A stretch of 32,000 bases of DNA from Candidatus Saccharimonadota bacterium (GCA_030429145.1 JAUIDC010000001.1:270001-302000), one strand, 5' to 3'; shown: positions 20,001 through 29,436, numbered from the stretch's first letter. The notes: generated from the letters alone by a model not told the origin. Numbers and translations: made by a program.

Positions 20001-21213
20001 TGCTTGCTACCACATCCTTCTGAAGCCAAAGCTGAGGGTTTTGTGGACACTGTATCGGAGAGGTTACCATAGCATCGTTATTGAAAGTGAACTGATATGG
20101 TTCGTTTGATGCTGCTATCTGTACCTGATTTTTCACTGTCGAACAATTTGGCACAGAGGTTTTAATCTGTGCATCAAATTTGATATACTGGATGCTGTTT
20201 GCTGGCATATTACCAAGATTCCATGTGATAGTCGTCGTACCATTTCCATTGAGGATAACTGATGATGGAGTTGGTGTTGATGACGATGGAATAAATGTCA
20301 GTCCTGTTCCAAGTGTATCAGTCACGACGACATTGTTCGCAAGTCCTGAACCTATGTTACGAGAAGTAAGCGTATAGGTCACATTTTGTCCTTGGATCTT
20401 TGAGCCAGTAACAGATTTTTGTACTGTTACATCCGGCGGCAATGGCACTGGCACATTTTGACATGTCGCTGAACACGAGTTTCCTTGTGTACCATTTGCT
20501 AGTCCATTGTCACACTGTTCACCGTATGCGGTTGCGAGGATACCATCACCACACCAGCGGATCTGATATCTCTGACACTCTACCACACCCTTATTGTCCG
20601 ATGTTGTTCCTTCATTGTTGTCTGAGTCGAAAAACGTGAGCATCCTTGTTTCAGCATCATAGTTGGAACCTAGAGCTGGGGTTGTCGGATGAGATCCAGG
20701 ATTTCTATAGTTTGGTTTGTAAAAACTGAAGTTACCGTAGCTATTGGAAACTGTTGACGTATACGGCGAATAGAACGACCAGTTAAAATTGAAATATGCA
20801 GGAGAACCAACCTCCTCTGCTGTCGTAAGATGTCTTACTGTTTGATATGGATTAATTTTCCAGTTATGTGAGGCCAACTTATTCCTGTTGAAAATAAGCA
20901 CTCCTGAGTCCTTTCCAGGATAGTTCGACGAATTGTATACAATATGATTACCATAGTTGAAGATTTTGTATCTCCATAGGTAAAGCGGCACATTTGAACT
21001 ATTGTAGAAATAGTCGAGCAATATACCGTAATTATTCACATATACTGTACTATAGTTCGTCTCGTCACATGACATTTGCTGTACGGTAGAACTACCGAGG
21101 CTACTCACTGAGCTAGCTGACCAGTTATTGAGTGCACTATTTGCAGCAAACGACTGTCCGGCAAAGAGAGCCGCAGTCGTTATCACCGAGAAAATAATCT
21201 GTTTCAATTTCAT
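17071..21213 (-). CDS. giant secreted surface protein with DUF11 repeats and Cys-rich CGDG..EQCD repeats (1380 aa)
   Basis: Track ORF 17071..21255. The likely start is the internal ATG 21213..21211, giving signal peptide MKLKQIIFSVITTAALFAGQSFA|AN. About five DUF11-type repeats (e.g. VTVQKSVTGSKIQGQNVTYTLTSRNIGSGLANNVVVTDTLGTGLTF). Two Myxococcus-type Cys-rich repeats (WCGDGILATAYGEQCDNG..CSATCQ and YCGDGIFQPDRGEQCDPGN). TAG stop. No TGA in the whole gene. Confidence 0.9.
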   Translation of the reverse strand: MKLKQIIFSVITTAALFAGQSFAANSALNNWSASSVSSLGSSTVQQMSCDETNYSTVYVNNYGILLDYFYNSSNVPLYLWRYKIFNYGNHIVYNSSNYPGKDSGVLIFNRNKLASHNWKINPYQTVRHLTTAEEVGSPAYFNFNWSFYSPYTSTVSNSYGNFSFYKPNYRNPGSHPTTPALGSNYDAETRMLTFFDSDNNEGTTSDNKGVVECQRYQIRWCGDGILATAYGEQCDNGLANGTQGNSCSATCQNVPVPLPPDVTVQKSVTGSKIQGQNVTYTLTSRNIGSGLANNVVVTDTLGTGLTFIPSSSTPTPSSVILNGNGTTTITWNLGNMPANSIQYIKFDAQIKTSVPNCSTVKNQVQIAASNEPYQFTFNNDAMVTSPIQCPQNPQLWLQKDVVASTGGYMPNGYAVYTITYGNSGSGTATGTFVTDTLPSDVTFANSLPSPSSINGQTLTWNVGNLAPNQQGLIKIYVKINNNVPLCQNHTILNKGVVDATNAGPAEDDATFLILCYDLWSNKVIDKPVVASGDVVTYTIRYGNLGPLTAPNWSLFDNLPAGLQYLPNSVVIHSGVNIGQPTVTGTPSAGQKLTWTGFTNMPAGYSGLVSIKATVLGPVASGHIYVNKVCIEGDNYYNNNNCGEATTTTTGFGGTPFFDVNIKKTVDKTIVKYGDTVTYTIVVTNEADATSPITGYTVRDYLPAGVDYVNTTGGPGGIVTTLSGTKEIIFSGLPALKPGDSITITFTATYKSTVNEINYTEVCTYNGVSGTGVKDRDSNPCNRGRNHRVEDDEDQVTIGPDTGPPGQSPECQGLSGNPDVTNLITSASQVSVEYECRTTWGAYPVDAVLQCGNGQVFTGTTINSTPFKATCTYSNPTNTKAVCVVARRPNPACEKPVAIRPGGGGHRPYCGDGIFQPDRGEQCDPGNPLLGIKPAGVPAGKVCRPDCTFGDRPSGITVGVQCSYIDPPSINVGEYMPYRWDMEYGYYRPGGAGYGQATSACTSNTGDVRINIDSLDCEFSLNGPNGASKTWVQKCYSNPNLPLINTAFSSAKIKYDLPNPGGLGAVQITGSYYLGLGEYRLEMRVINGRLCNGNALTLGDRICQMNFGVTKQYAVSRTPTGTSSSTKDLDDYKRQDNTKVLQVNELIKVLDSFALSNADTNLIAQMVNKYVTLAVKVDTIDDKLDNNTTVTKAGVSKVPGKNIFVIDAKTPDGKRGTITVLENATFSKGAFTLIVINGNLTVKGDLTKNPNGMFIVRDGDLTFSAIGNAQENNQNQTVKGIFIGLQNVKAEGDGYQAAFNNDLNKPWINGGRLLIHGVILGGNLKELVEGRRSIVESWFDKRAGDGLLDDGALVIKANPEIFTNLPPGAEDISLTLNIFKQ

Positions 21214-21242
21214 GTGTCCTACAATTACATAAATATAAATTC

Positions 21243-21434
21243 CTATCTTGCTCATTCAGAGTATGGGAGAAGAGCCCCTGAAACACCTGCTCCTGTCACA
21301 CTTATACTATCAGAACTTACAATGTTTTCCTTTTCACTTCACGTACTATACCCATTTTCACCATATTTGTCAATAGCATATAACAAAAGGGCAATTCCCA
21401 CCAATAATGCTATCACTACAAGTAACTTTTTCAT
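21243..21434 (-). CDS. possible small membrane protein (63 aa), visible only under code 25
   Basis: Own translation from ATG 21434..21432 to TAG 21245..21243: MKKLLVVIALLVGIALLLYAIDKYGENGYST[G]SEKENIVSSDSISVTGAGVSGALLPYSE[G]AR. It has an N-terminal TM helix and two in-frame TGA. It lies between the orphan gene stop (21459) and the giant gene start (21213). Support is position and hydrophobic N-terminus only. Confidence 0.4.
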
Positions 21435-21458
21435 CCTCTACCGTATTTATAGAATAAA

Positions 21459-24400
21459 TTATCTTCCACCTTCACCATTTCCATTGTCACCACCATCTCC
21501 AGTACCATTGGTACCACCGTCGATGACTACATCTCCTTCTTCTCCTCCAGTTTCAATAATTGTACCACCGTCTCCTTCTGGTTCCTCAGGTGGCTCAACT
21601 GGTGGCTGCGTTGGAGGCGTCGGCGCCTTTGGCTTTCTACCAACAAGCGCTCCAGCTCACACATTGATACTATTTGCCGTCTGGTAGTTTTCTGTGTATT
21701 CCATACCAACATAGATATCACCAGGCGTCTTTTCTACTGTCGTTGTCGTTTCAGAGTATTTCATACTAAGCTGACCAAAGCTGATCATGAATCCCTCGTT
21801 TGCACATGGCGCAAAGAGCATCTTCACAAACTCACTTGGAAGAGTCAATGTTACACCATCCGCCGTCTCCAATGTTTGATTTTTTACGAGATCCATAAGC
21901 TGATCTGTATTGAGTGGTTGTACATCAGCTTTTTTGTCTTTCATGAACTTATTTACCTTGTCGAGAAGAAGTGAGAACTCTCTCGTTGTCTTAAATGACT
22001 CCTGTAGCTTCGCTTTTGCATCCAGTTCAGTAGCAGCTTCTCTGTATTCCTGTCCCTTGATGATCTCAAGATCCCCAGAAATAAATCCTGTCGTAGGAGT
22101 AAGTCCTCTTCTATAGTACGACACGAGAGCAATAGCCTGTGGAACAGTCTCCGTCTCGTATTTTTCAGTCTTGCCATCGATTTTCTTTGCTTTTTCATAG
22201 AGACTCGCAAATGAATTTTCTGTAATAGCGATACCGCTATTTTTAAATGCATCCACGTGTCCTTGTCTCTTAGCAAGCATCTGACCAATGCTATTCACTC
22301 CTCCAATAGTTTTTCCTTCTGCAATCGCATTTACTTTTGCTGAAGTAGATCCTGTCTCTAAGAGCACATTAGTGATATATCTCTTGTTTTGCTCCTTTGC
22401 CCATAGTGTGTCAAAGTGAGCATCAAAAATCTTAAGGTACGTATTGAGTGTGTCTATCGTCTGTTTCAATCTTGCGTCATCAGTTCCTCTTGTTGCTTCT
22501 GCAAACTCTCCAAAAGCCTTGTTATATTTCTCCTTAGTCGCAACAGGCGTCTTGTTTGGATCAGTCATATTTATAAATATCTGCCTATTGTCTCTGATCA
22601 TTGAGTCAATCAGCGCGACGTCCTGTGCATCAAGCCCAATATCGACACTCATAAATTCTTGCTGAGACTTAAGAATATTCATAGGTCTCTCCACAAGATA
22701 TGGCACCTTACTTGGATCACCATTGAGAGGAGAGTTTATAGCTCTTTTCCCCTTGGTCATATCTTTTTCACTGTCATATCCTATATATATCTTCTGTTTT
22801 TCACCTTGCGCACCAATCAGCGTTCCCATAAGTATATTTGATCACTTAGAAATAGTGATAGCGTTGTCTGTGACCTTCACGAGCGACTTATCATTCACGA
22901 ACACATCAAACTGGTCATAGATAGGATTGGCTGCTCTTCCTTTCTGTCTGATCGTAATCAGCCCATCGATTTCAGCAACCTCTGCCTTGTCACCAAGCCA
23001 GTATGCAATCTTCTCTGCATATGACATATTTGCGACATCTGCATTATCAAATTTTTCAAATCCTGCAAATGATGAAAGACGCTGTTCTTTCGCCTGTTTA
23101 TCAAATTTATCTGTACGAATAGTTGCTTTCTTATAGATCTTCATACCAACAAATGCATTAATCACTGGGATGGTTGCGAGCGTACCAACTCCTGCATTCA
23201 CAGAAAAGTCTACTTTACCTCTCGACTCTCTCAGTGCTTCATTTTTCCATGCACTTGCAAAGGTCGAAGCAATATCCTCCCATGTAAATCATTGCTTCAT
23301 ACCATCAAGTATATGGCGAGCCATAGCAAGAAGCGATGCATCATCAGCTCTTGAGAATAACTGTTTTAATTGTGTAGCCACCTGCTCTGCAGTTGCTCCT
23401 GGTTTAATATTTTTTAGCTGTGCTTGTAGCTGTTTACTGATATTTTCTGACTGAGCATCAATACCAGCCGTCAAGTCATTTCCAAGCTCGATACCAACCC
23501 CTGCATATCCTACTGTTGCCTCAGCATATGCTCCAGTATTCCAAAGTCTCTTTGCCTCAAGGTTTTTCTTGAGTGCTCCCATGTTGAGAGACTGACTAAT
23601 ACCAACGCGCGCAAACGGAATAAGCACATTTGCTGCACCTGCATTTCCTGTAAGCGTTGTCGTATTTGAAAGCTGAAGATCCTTACCAAAGTTTACGGCA
23701 AAACCTGGCGCTCATTTATCAGATACTCATACACCTACGGTCATACGATCAATGAGTGGAGAGATATTGTTAATAGTCATCCCTGTACCAATACCAGCAC
23801 CTCTCATATCCACGTTATTGTTTGGATCCTGTACGTCCATCATCCCTGCTGCGATCGTCCATGTGATCTGCGAGCGAAGAGCTCTTTGTGCATCTTGTGT
23901 CTGCTGAGGATCTAGGCCAAGTGCTGCTATCGCATCAGCTGTTTTTTGATCTATCGCACTTGCATACTTCGCTTCGATCTGCTTCTGTCTATCTGCAACA
24001 TCAATAGCTGCATTCTTTGTCGTGAGAAAATCTCTCAGACTAACAACCGTCATATATGGCAATGCTTGCATGATAAGATTTCTAATATGTTGTGCCTGTC
24101 CTGGGTTCGAAAGAGCCTCATTGAGTCCTTGCATATTTTGCCAATTAAGCAATCCTGCGCTACCAGAAAGCGTTGCTAGCTTGTCATGAAGCGCTTTTGC
24201 AAAGGCATCCTGCCCCATCATTTTCGCAGTAGTCTGAAACATGGCAAGAAGCTCCTTTTCCGTAAAGATCGTCTCTTTTTCATTGTACTCGGTCTTATTC
24301 TGCGCTCTCTTATCAAGTCTATCCTGTTTCTTTTCCAGTCTGTTTATCTTCTTCGCATCATCCCAAAGATTATCTCTTTGCAAAGCTCACTTCATCTGTC

Positions 24401-24944
24401 TAGCCCAATTGAGCGCTTGTTTCTTCTCCTCTTTCGTCGGGTATTTACCAAACATCGTTTCTGCATAATAAGCAGCGAGGCCTCTCGTGAAATTTATACC
24501 CTGAAGTGCTCATTTATCGAGAAATCATAGAAGAAGATTTTTGTTCTGCGTACCGATATCTGGAATACGACTGATAGCATTCATCAAATCTTTTTGCTCT
24601 TGATCAGCAACATCTTGCTTATTACGAAGTTTCTCATAACGTTTATCGTTTTTCACTTCTGTCCCAACAAATCTATCGTTATTGAGATCGGCGATATATG
24701 CGGAAAGTTCTTGCTGAGTCTCTACAACAACGACCTTTTGCGCCTGCTTCTTTTGTTGCTCAACCTCGTTAATCTCGTTGTTCAGCGTCTCCTTTTGATC
24801 TGCCGGCAAGCGCACATCATCAAGCTGCTTATCAAGGTTCTTTCCTTGTGCTAGAATCTTATCAATCTGCTTCGAAGTATCCTCCATAGGGTTCTTCAAG
24901 AGATCTTGATTGTTCTGTGCCAAAGGCGAATTAAGTCCTCACAT
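21459..24944 (-). CDS. large orphan protein (1161 aa) with coiled-coil N-region and Gly/Asp/Glu/Pro-rich C-terminal tail
   Basis: Track ORFs 24525..24923, 23727..24383, 23289..23627, 22842..23201 and 21657..22829 all share one frame. I translated every gap and found only TGA, at 24939, 24525, 24510, 24387, 23727, 23712, 23289, 22842 and 21657. ATG 24944..24942 is preceded by an in-frame TAA. After the last TGA the frame runs 66 more codons (..RKPKAPTPPTQPPVEPPEEPEGDGG..GDGGDNGNGEGGR) to TAA 21461..21459. No N-terminal signal peptide and no domain I recognise. Confidence 0.75.
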
Positions 24945-25109
24945 GTCTATTCAAGATAAGAGTTATAAAATCTTACCTACTATTATAGAGAGCATTTTTT
25001 ATTTCGACAATCCTAGGACCCCTCCTCTCCAATACAAAGAGATTTCACAAACACAATAAAAAAATACATCACTATTTATAGTGACATATTTATAATTTAT
25101 TATATCTTA

Positions 25110-26546
25110 TTATTTCCCTCACAAGACTACTCTTACTGTCGAAATTAACACCTGTAGATCCATAGCAAGCGACCAATGCTGGATATAATAGAGCTCCAAC
25201 TGCGCCTCTTGTTCAAATGGCAAGTTGTCGCGTCAAAACACCTGTGCATATCCCGTCAAACCCGGCTTTGCAGCTAGGAGTCTTTTCATCCACGGCTCAT
25301 ACTTTTCAACCTCTGCGGGAAGATGTGGCCTTGGTCACACCATCGACATAGTGCCTAAAAACACATTGACCAATTGCGGAAGTTCATCGATAGATGTTTT
25401 ACGAAGTATTCTTCCTACGCGAGTCACGCGTGGGTCATCGGCAATCTTCGGTAAAATATCATCTCTTGAGTTTTTTGTCTGAATAAGCTTCTCGTACATC
25501 TTCTGCGCCTTTTTTCCCCCATAATTTTCACCAGTACTCATATGTGTATACATGCTGCGAAACTTCAGAAATCGGAACAGCTGTCCCTTTCTACCTACTC
25601 TCTTTTGCAGGTAAAAGACTGGTCACTTGGAGTCAATCTTGATAAGCATTGCTGTCAGAAGGAAGATTGGTGAAAGTACGATCAATGCGAGGAGAGAACA
25701 AACCAGATCGCATAGTCTCTTAAAGACCTTCATCCAACCATCTAAAGGCGAGCTACGATATGCTCGTCACACCACTGGCCCAACACGCTCAGGCATAGCA
25801 ATCAGATCCTCCAAGAAATAACTCTCTGGGATATGGTAAAATATCTTCCCATGACTACGTGCATGATCAGCAATCATCTGCAAAGTATTGGTACCATATG
25901 AACCAACCGCCATCGCAATATCTATCCCCTCTCGGCTACGTGTCGAGTCATACTCTTCATACGCTACTGGGATGATCTCATAGATAGGATAGCCTATCAC
26001 ATCTTCCGAGAACTTTGTATAGTGCTTCTGTGTTTTATAGATAACCAATATCCTATAAGGCTGTCTTCTTTCTAGTCGGCCATTGAGATTGTTCCAAAAA
26101 ATATCAAAAATACTCAACACAACCAAACCACATCCGGCTGACCAAAGGATCAAAAATCTTGATATACCATCACCAAAGAGAAATCCATTTCCAAAAAGAG
26201 CCAAAAAGGTCATCGTTACTAACCGCCAGACCCATGCAAGCAAGAACTTCTTATAGTAACCATGCAATGGCCTAAAGAGCTCATAGACCCCAAGAAAAAA
26301 AGCTGCTATAAGAAAAATAATGATAGCTGCTAGTGAAAACCACATAGTTTCTTGCGTGTTGAATGCTGGGATTCTCAGCTGCAACCATGGTATCAGATCA
26401 GTATACTGACGCACCGTATAACCGATATAAAATACTGCTACGAGCAGTATAAAATGAAATAAAGGCCTCGCAAGGCGAAGCAACGTCTTATAGATTGAGG
26501 CAGTACCCTTCTCCATGAAGATAGTAATGGTTAAATATACTTTCAT
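25110..26546 (-). CDS. polyprenyl-phosphate glycosyl-1-phosphate transferase (bacterial sugar transferase, WbaP-like; 478 aa)
   Basis: Track ORFs 25767..26546 and 25335..25553 share a frame and join through TGA at 25767, 25623, 25335, 25233 and 25119, ending at TAA 25112..25110. N-terminal multi-TM region, then [26 protein letters not shown][G][42 protein letters not shown][G][14 protein letters not shown][G][17 protein letters not shown]. Confidence 0.9.
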
Positions 26547-26627
26547 ATTATAGAGAAATTACTATAAAAACGAAAGAGTAAAACCACCATCATAAAATTA
26601 TTATTTTTATATTCTCGATAATGACCT

Positions 26628-26945
26628 ATGTACGTACTACTAACAACATATCCCAATAAGCCAAGAGAACTAAAAAAGTTTATTTTGTGACTCGTGAAAA
26701 GCGGCCTTGCCGCATGCGTACAGAGAGTAAATTACGTAAAGTCATACTATATGCGAGAGGGTGAAATGAAGCAGGAAGAAGAGAAAGTATTACTTATTAA
26801 ATGTGCCAAAGACCACAAAGAGAAAATAGAAAAGCATTTCTCTGCAAATCATCCCTATGAAATTCCCGAAATGATTTGGCTTCACCCAGAGGAGGTAAAT
26901 GATGCCTATAAAGCGTGGGTGAAGAACACTGGCAAGAAAAAATAG
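26628..26945 (+). CDS. cutA: divalent-cation tolerance protein CutA (105 aa)
   Basis: Track ORF 26694..26945 extends upstream through TGA at 26688 to ATG 26628: MYVLLTTYPNKPRELKKFIL[G]LVKSGLAACVQRV..HPYEIPEMIW. This is the CutA1 signature. TAG stop. Confidence 0.85.
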
Positions 26946-26972
26946 TTGTTTTGTATAATTGATAGAATTGTT

Positions 26973-28055
26973 ATGAAGAAGTTTGGTATGGGTTTATTTT
27001 ATATAGTTGCTTTTTGCGGTATAAGCTACTTTCTTTGGGAGTATCTGAACGCTCCGAGAGAGTTTATCGTGAGCCTCATCATCAGCGTACTCATTATAGG
27101 CGTGCTCGCTTGGAAGAAAAGCCCCTATATGTTTGGCGTGTGAGTGATACTAGTTGTTGTGCACATCGTGCGACTTGTCGGTCATTTCATCCCAGTATAC
27201 AACGAAGAGCCTGACATTCGCCAACGATATCGCACCCATGACAGCATGCTTCGCTCAGTTGGCTGAGCAGCGGGAGATACACAGGTGACGTTAGTCAGTG
27301 CAAACACACAGACCGTGACTGACGCTGCTCAGCTCCGCTCCTCTCCGCTCCCTATCTATCAGTGAAACCAGATCATAACAGTGGGACCTGCTATAAGCTC
27401 AGAAGGGCGCGTCATGCTCACCTTCCGAGACGGTAGCAATGCGCAGCTCTTTCCTCAATCATCGCTACGCATAGACACTCTCGCACCAGACTATGCTACA
27501 CTGAGCTGATCGCGTCTAGGCCTGATTCTCGAAAGAGGGATCGTCGCGGTAGCAACGCCAAGGCGTTCGTTTACTCCTCAACAGTGGTTTGTAAAAGCAG
27601 GAGGGCTTTACCTCTCATGCAGAGAGTGTATTGTTGCTCTTTCGGGAAGTGCTGGTTCATTCTCGAGTGAAGAACCGTTTACTCGGCGAGTTGCATGAGG
27701 CGAGTTTATCACACTTTCTGGTGGAAGTTATCTTTTTACCAACAATGCGATACGCGCAAGCAACAACACTGCTCTCTCTGCCTTTTTCAATGATACGACA
27801 AATACAACGAGAAACCGAAAAAGCACATATGAGAGCGAACGTCAACAATATATCCGTGACAGACGGTGATGGTCGATGGATGCCAGCATACTGCTAACGA
27901 GTGTTAGTAAGATCAAAATGGCTCTTGTCTGACTTATCGACCGAACATATTTAGAAAAATATGACTATCTTGCGCTCTATGAGTACTTACTCGATGGTGG
28001 TGAAGTCCCTCCTCCATTTAGAGACCAGCAACATATCTTAGAGTATACACAATAA
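26973..28055 (+). CDS. membrane protein with FecR-like domain (360 aa), almost invisible in the standard-code track
   Basis: Only the first 65 aa appear in the track (26946..27143). Codon-by-codon translation continues in the same frame through TGA at 27141, 27264, 27363, 27507, 27696, 27867 and 27930 to TAA 28053..28055. About three N-terminal TM helices, then IYQ[G]NQIITVGPAISSEGRVMLTFRDGSNAQLFPQSSLRID, which is FecR-like. All 8 TAA/TAG triplets in 27230..27630 fall in the other two frames. Likely start ATG 26973 (MKKFGMGLFY). Confidence 0.7.
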
Positions 28056-28057
28056 AA

Positions 28058-28086
28058 AAATCTCACCTGTAGAGGTGAGATTTTTC
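28058..28086. terminator. bidirectional Rho-independent terminator
   Basis: aaaaaaa-TCTCACCT-gtag-AGGTGAGA-ttttt: perfect 8-bp stem between the convergent stops at 28055 (+) and 28105 (-). Confidence 0.7.
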
Positions 28087-28104
28087 ATACTTGCCTATTG
28101 ATTT

Positions 28105-28650
28105 TTAACGAAATGAGAACGACTCAAATGCCATGTCGATAGAGTCACGATTGCCACTGAAATTGCCAGCAGGAGCAAGATAGGTCATAACGTACACAGT
28201 ACCATTTCTCATCGTGTAGACCTGCTCCCATGAGAATATCTGGTCAAGATATTTTCCGCTAAATGAGACTCTTCTTGCCGGCGTTCCATCTACATTGAGC
28301 GATGTTGGCTGCACATAGGAAAACTCTCTGATCACCTCGCTTAACTGCGAAAGTGTTTGATTGACATAGACATCCAACCCCATATCTACTGGTATGTTTT
28401 CTCTCGTCACGTTGAATACTGGTGTATACTCTCCAATATCAGGTGAGGCTACTGTTGCAACCAAGTAAGGATTGGTAGCTCCTGTCACAATAGTTCGCTC
28501 ATTGGGATATGCAAATGAAATTGTATTTTCTGCATCCACGAAAACATTCTTATAAAAGAGTTTGTTTCCATAACGAAGCCATAGGATCAATGCTACGACA
28601 ATCAGTGCCGCAAGAGAAATCAGAAGCCATGAAAGCCATTTTTTCTTCAT
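28105..28650 (-). CDS. membrane-anchored hypothetical protein (181 aa)
   Basis: Track ORF. N-terminal anchor MKKKWLSWLLISLAALIVVALILWL followed by a beta-rich ectodomain. It may have a PsbP/DcrB-like fold, but that is a guess. TAA stop, no TGA. Confidence 0.6.
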   Translation of the reverse strand: MKKKWLSWLLISLAALIVVALILWLRYGNKLFYKNVFVDAENTISFAYPNERTIVTGATNPYLVATVASPDIGEYTPVFNVTRENIPVDMGLDVYVNQTLSQLSEVIREFSYVQPTSLNVDGTPARRVSFSGKYLDQIFSWEQVYTMRNGTVYVMTYLAPAGNFSGNRDSIDMAFESFSFR

Positions 28651-28755
28651 GTTTTGTTTCCCACAGAAAGGTAAATTACCTCACATATAATCAAACTTAT
28701 ACCAATAGCAAGGAAATTACTCATTATTTTCCTCTCTTTCCCGATATATGATATG

Positions 28756-29436
28756 TTATATGCGCAGGCCAATACTTCGTAAGTGTAAGAGCTTATCTGC
28801 GCGCCCTTTATAGAGGCCGTCCCCTATCAAAGAGCTACCTATAGATGCTGCATGGACACGAATTTGATGACGTATTCACTTGTTTATCACAGCGTAAGCT
28901 GTCGTCATATTAGTGTTTGCATCATAGTACAATGGTATGAAATAGGTTTTTACTTCATGTATCCTTCCACGACATTTACGTTTATCGTCAGGATGACGTA
29001 CCGCCACCATCTTCTGCTCATCATGAGCATGATGCATGATAGGACATGAGACACACAAAGCTTTTTCTCCTGTCAGTGGCTCCTGTGTTCGCATCGCATG
29101 TGTATCTGTATTCACATACTGTGTCAGATCACCAAGCATATCGCACAGGTAGATCTTAGCCGTGCGTCATGCGCCTTGCTCCTGCGTATACCAATCTGCG
29201 ATCCGCTTATTCTTCGCAAAATACAGCAATCATGCAGTATCATTGTCCAATCTATTCAGTAGTCCTCGCTCGTCTTGCCACGTCCATTGCTCTCTGAGTT
29301 GCTGCATGAAAAGAGGGTTTTTCTGATCTATTTTTTCCAAAAAAGAAAACTGGGTGCCAAAAGTAGTTGGCATCCCATGAGGCTTCCATACGTAGTAAAA
29401 CCTGCTGTCTTCATATCGTGAAATAGTATCCATCAT
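28756..29436 (-). CDS. RluA-family pseudouridine synthase (226 aa, no S4 domain)
   Basis: Track ORFs 29230..29436 and 28876..29139 share a frame and join through TGA at 29230, 29167 and 28876, ending at TAA 28758..28756. Motifs: YVWKPHGMPT, catalytic-Asp motif GLLNRLDNDTA[G]LLYFAK, and K[G]IRHQIRVHAASIG..LIGDGLY. Confidence 0.85.

Noticed and set aside
21214-21687. 157-aa plus-strand Pro/Ser-rich ORF
   Set aside because: It mirrors the minus-strand Gly/Glu/Asp/Pro-rich tail of the orphan protein and the small TM ORF. It starts on GTG inside the giant gene leader, and its composition is the complement artefact of GGN/GAN-rich coding.
25068-25085. 16-bp palindrome TCACTAT-TT-ATAGTGA between the sugar transferase stop and the orphan gene start
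   Set aside because: A 7-bp inverted repeat with a short spacer is expected about twice by chance in 32 kb of AT-rich DNA. The stem is too AT-rich and short for a confident terminator, and there is no second copy. Noted only as a possible operator.
27230-27640. GC-rich patch with an 11-bp inverted repeat (gctgagcagcg at about 27262 and cgctgctcagc at about 27324), considered as a structured ncRNA (tmRNA, RNase P, SRP)
   Set aside because: I found no RNase P (GAGGAAAGTCC), tmRNA (5' GGGG..., 3' T-arm/CCA, ..LAA tag) or SRP motifs. The ctgattct resemblance to a tmRNA 5' end is too short. One 11-mer inverted repeat within 100 bp is about what chance gives in 32 kb. The frame-0 ORF is free of TAA/TAG while the other frames hold all 8, and the peptide looks FecR-like.
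27631-27897. 88-aa plus-strand track ORF
   Set aside because: It is in a different frame from the 361-codon table-25 ORF that spans it, and it has no motif. The other frame is continuous with the flanking TM and C-terminal regions.
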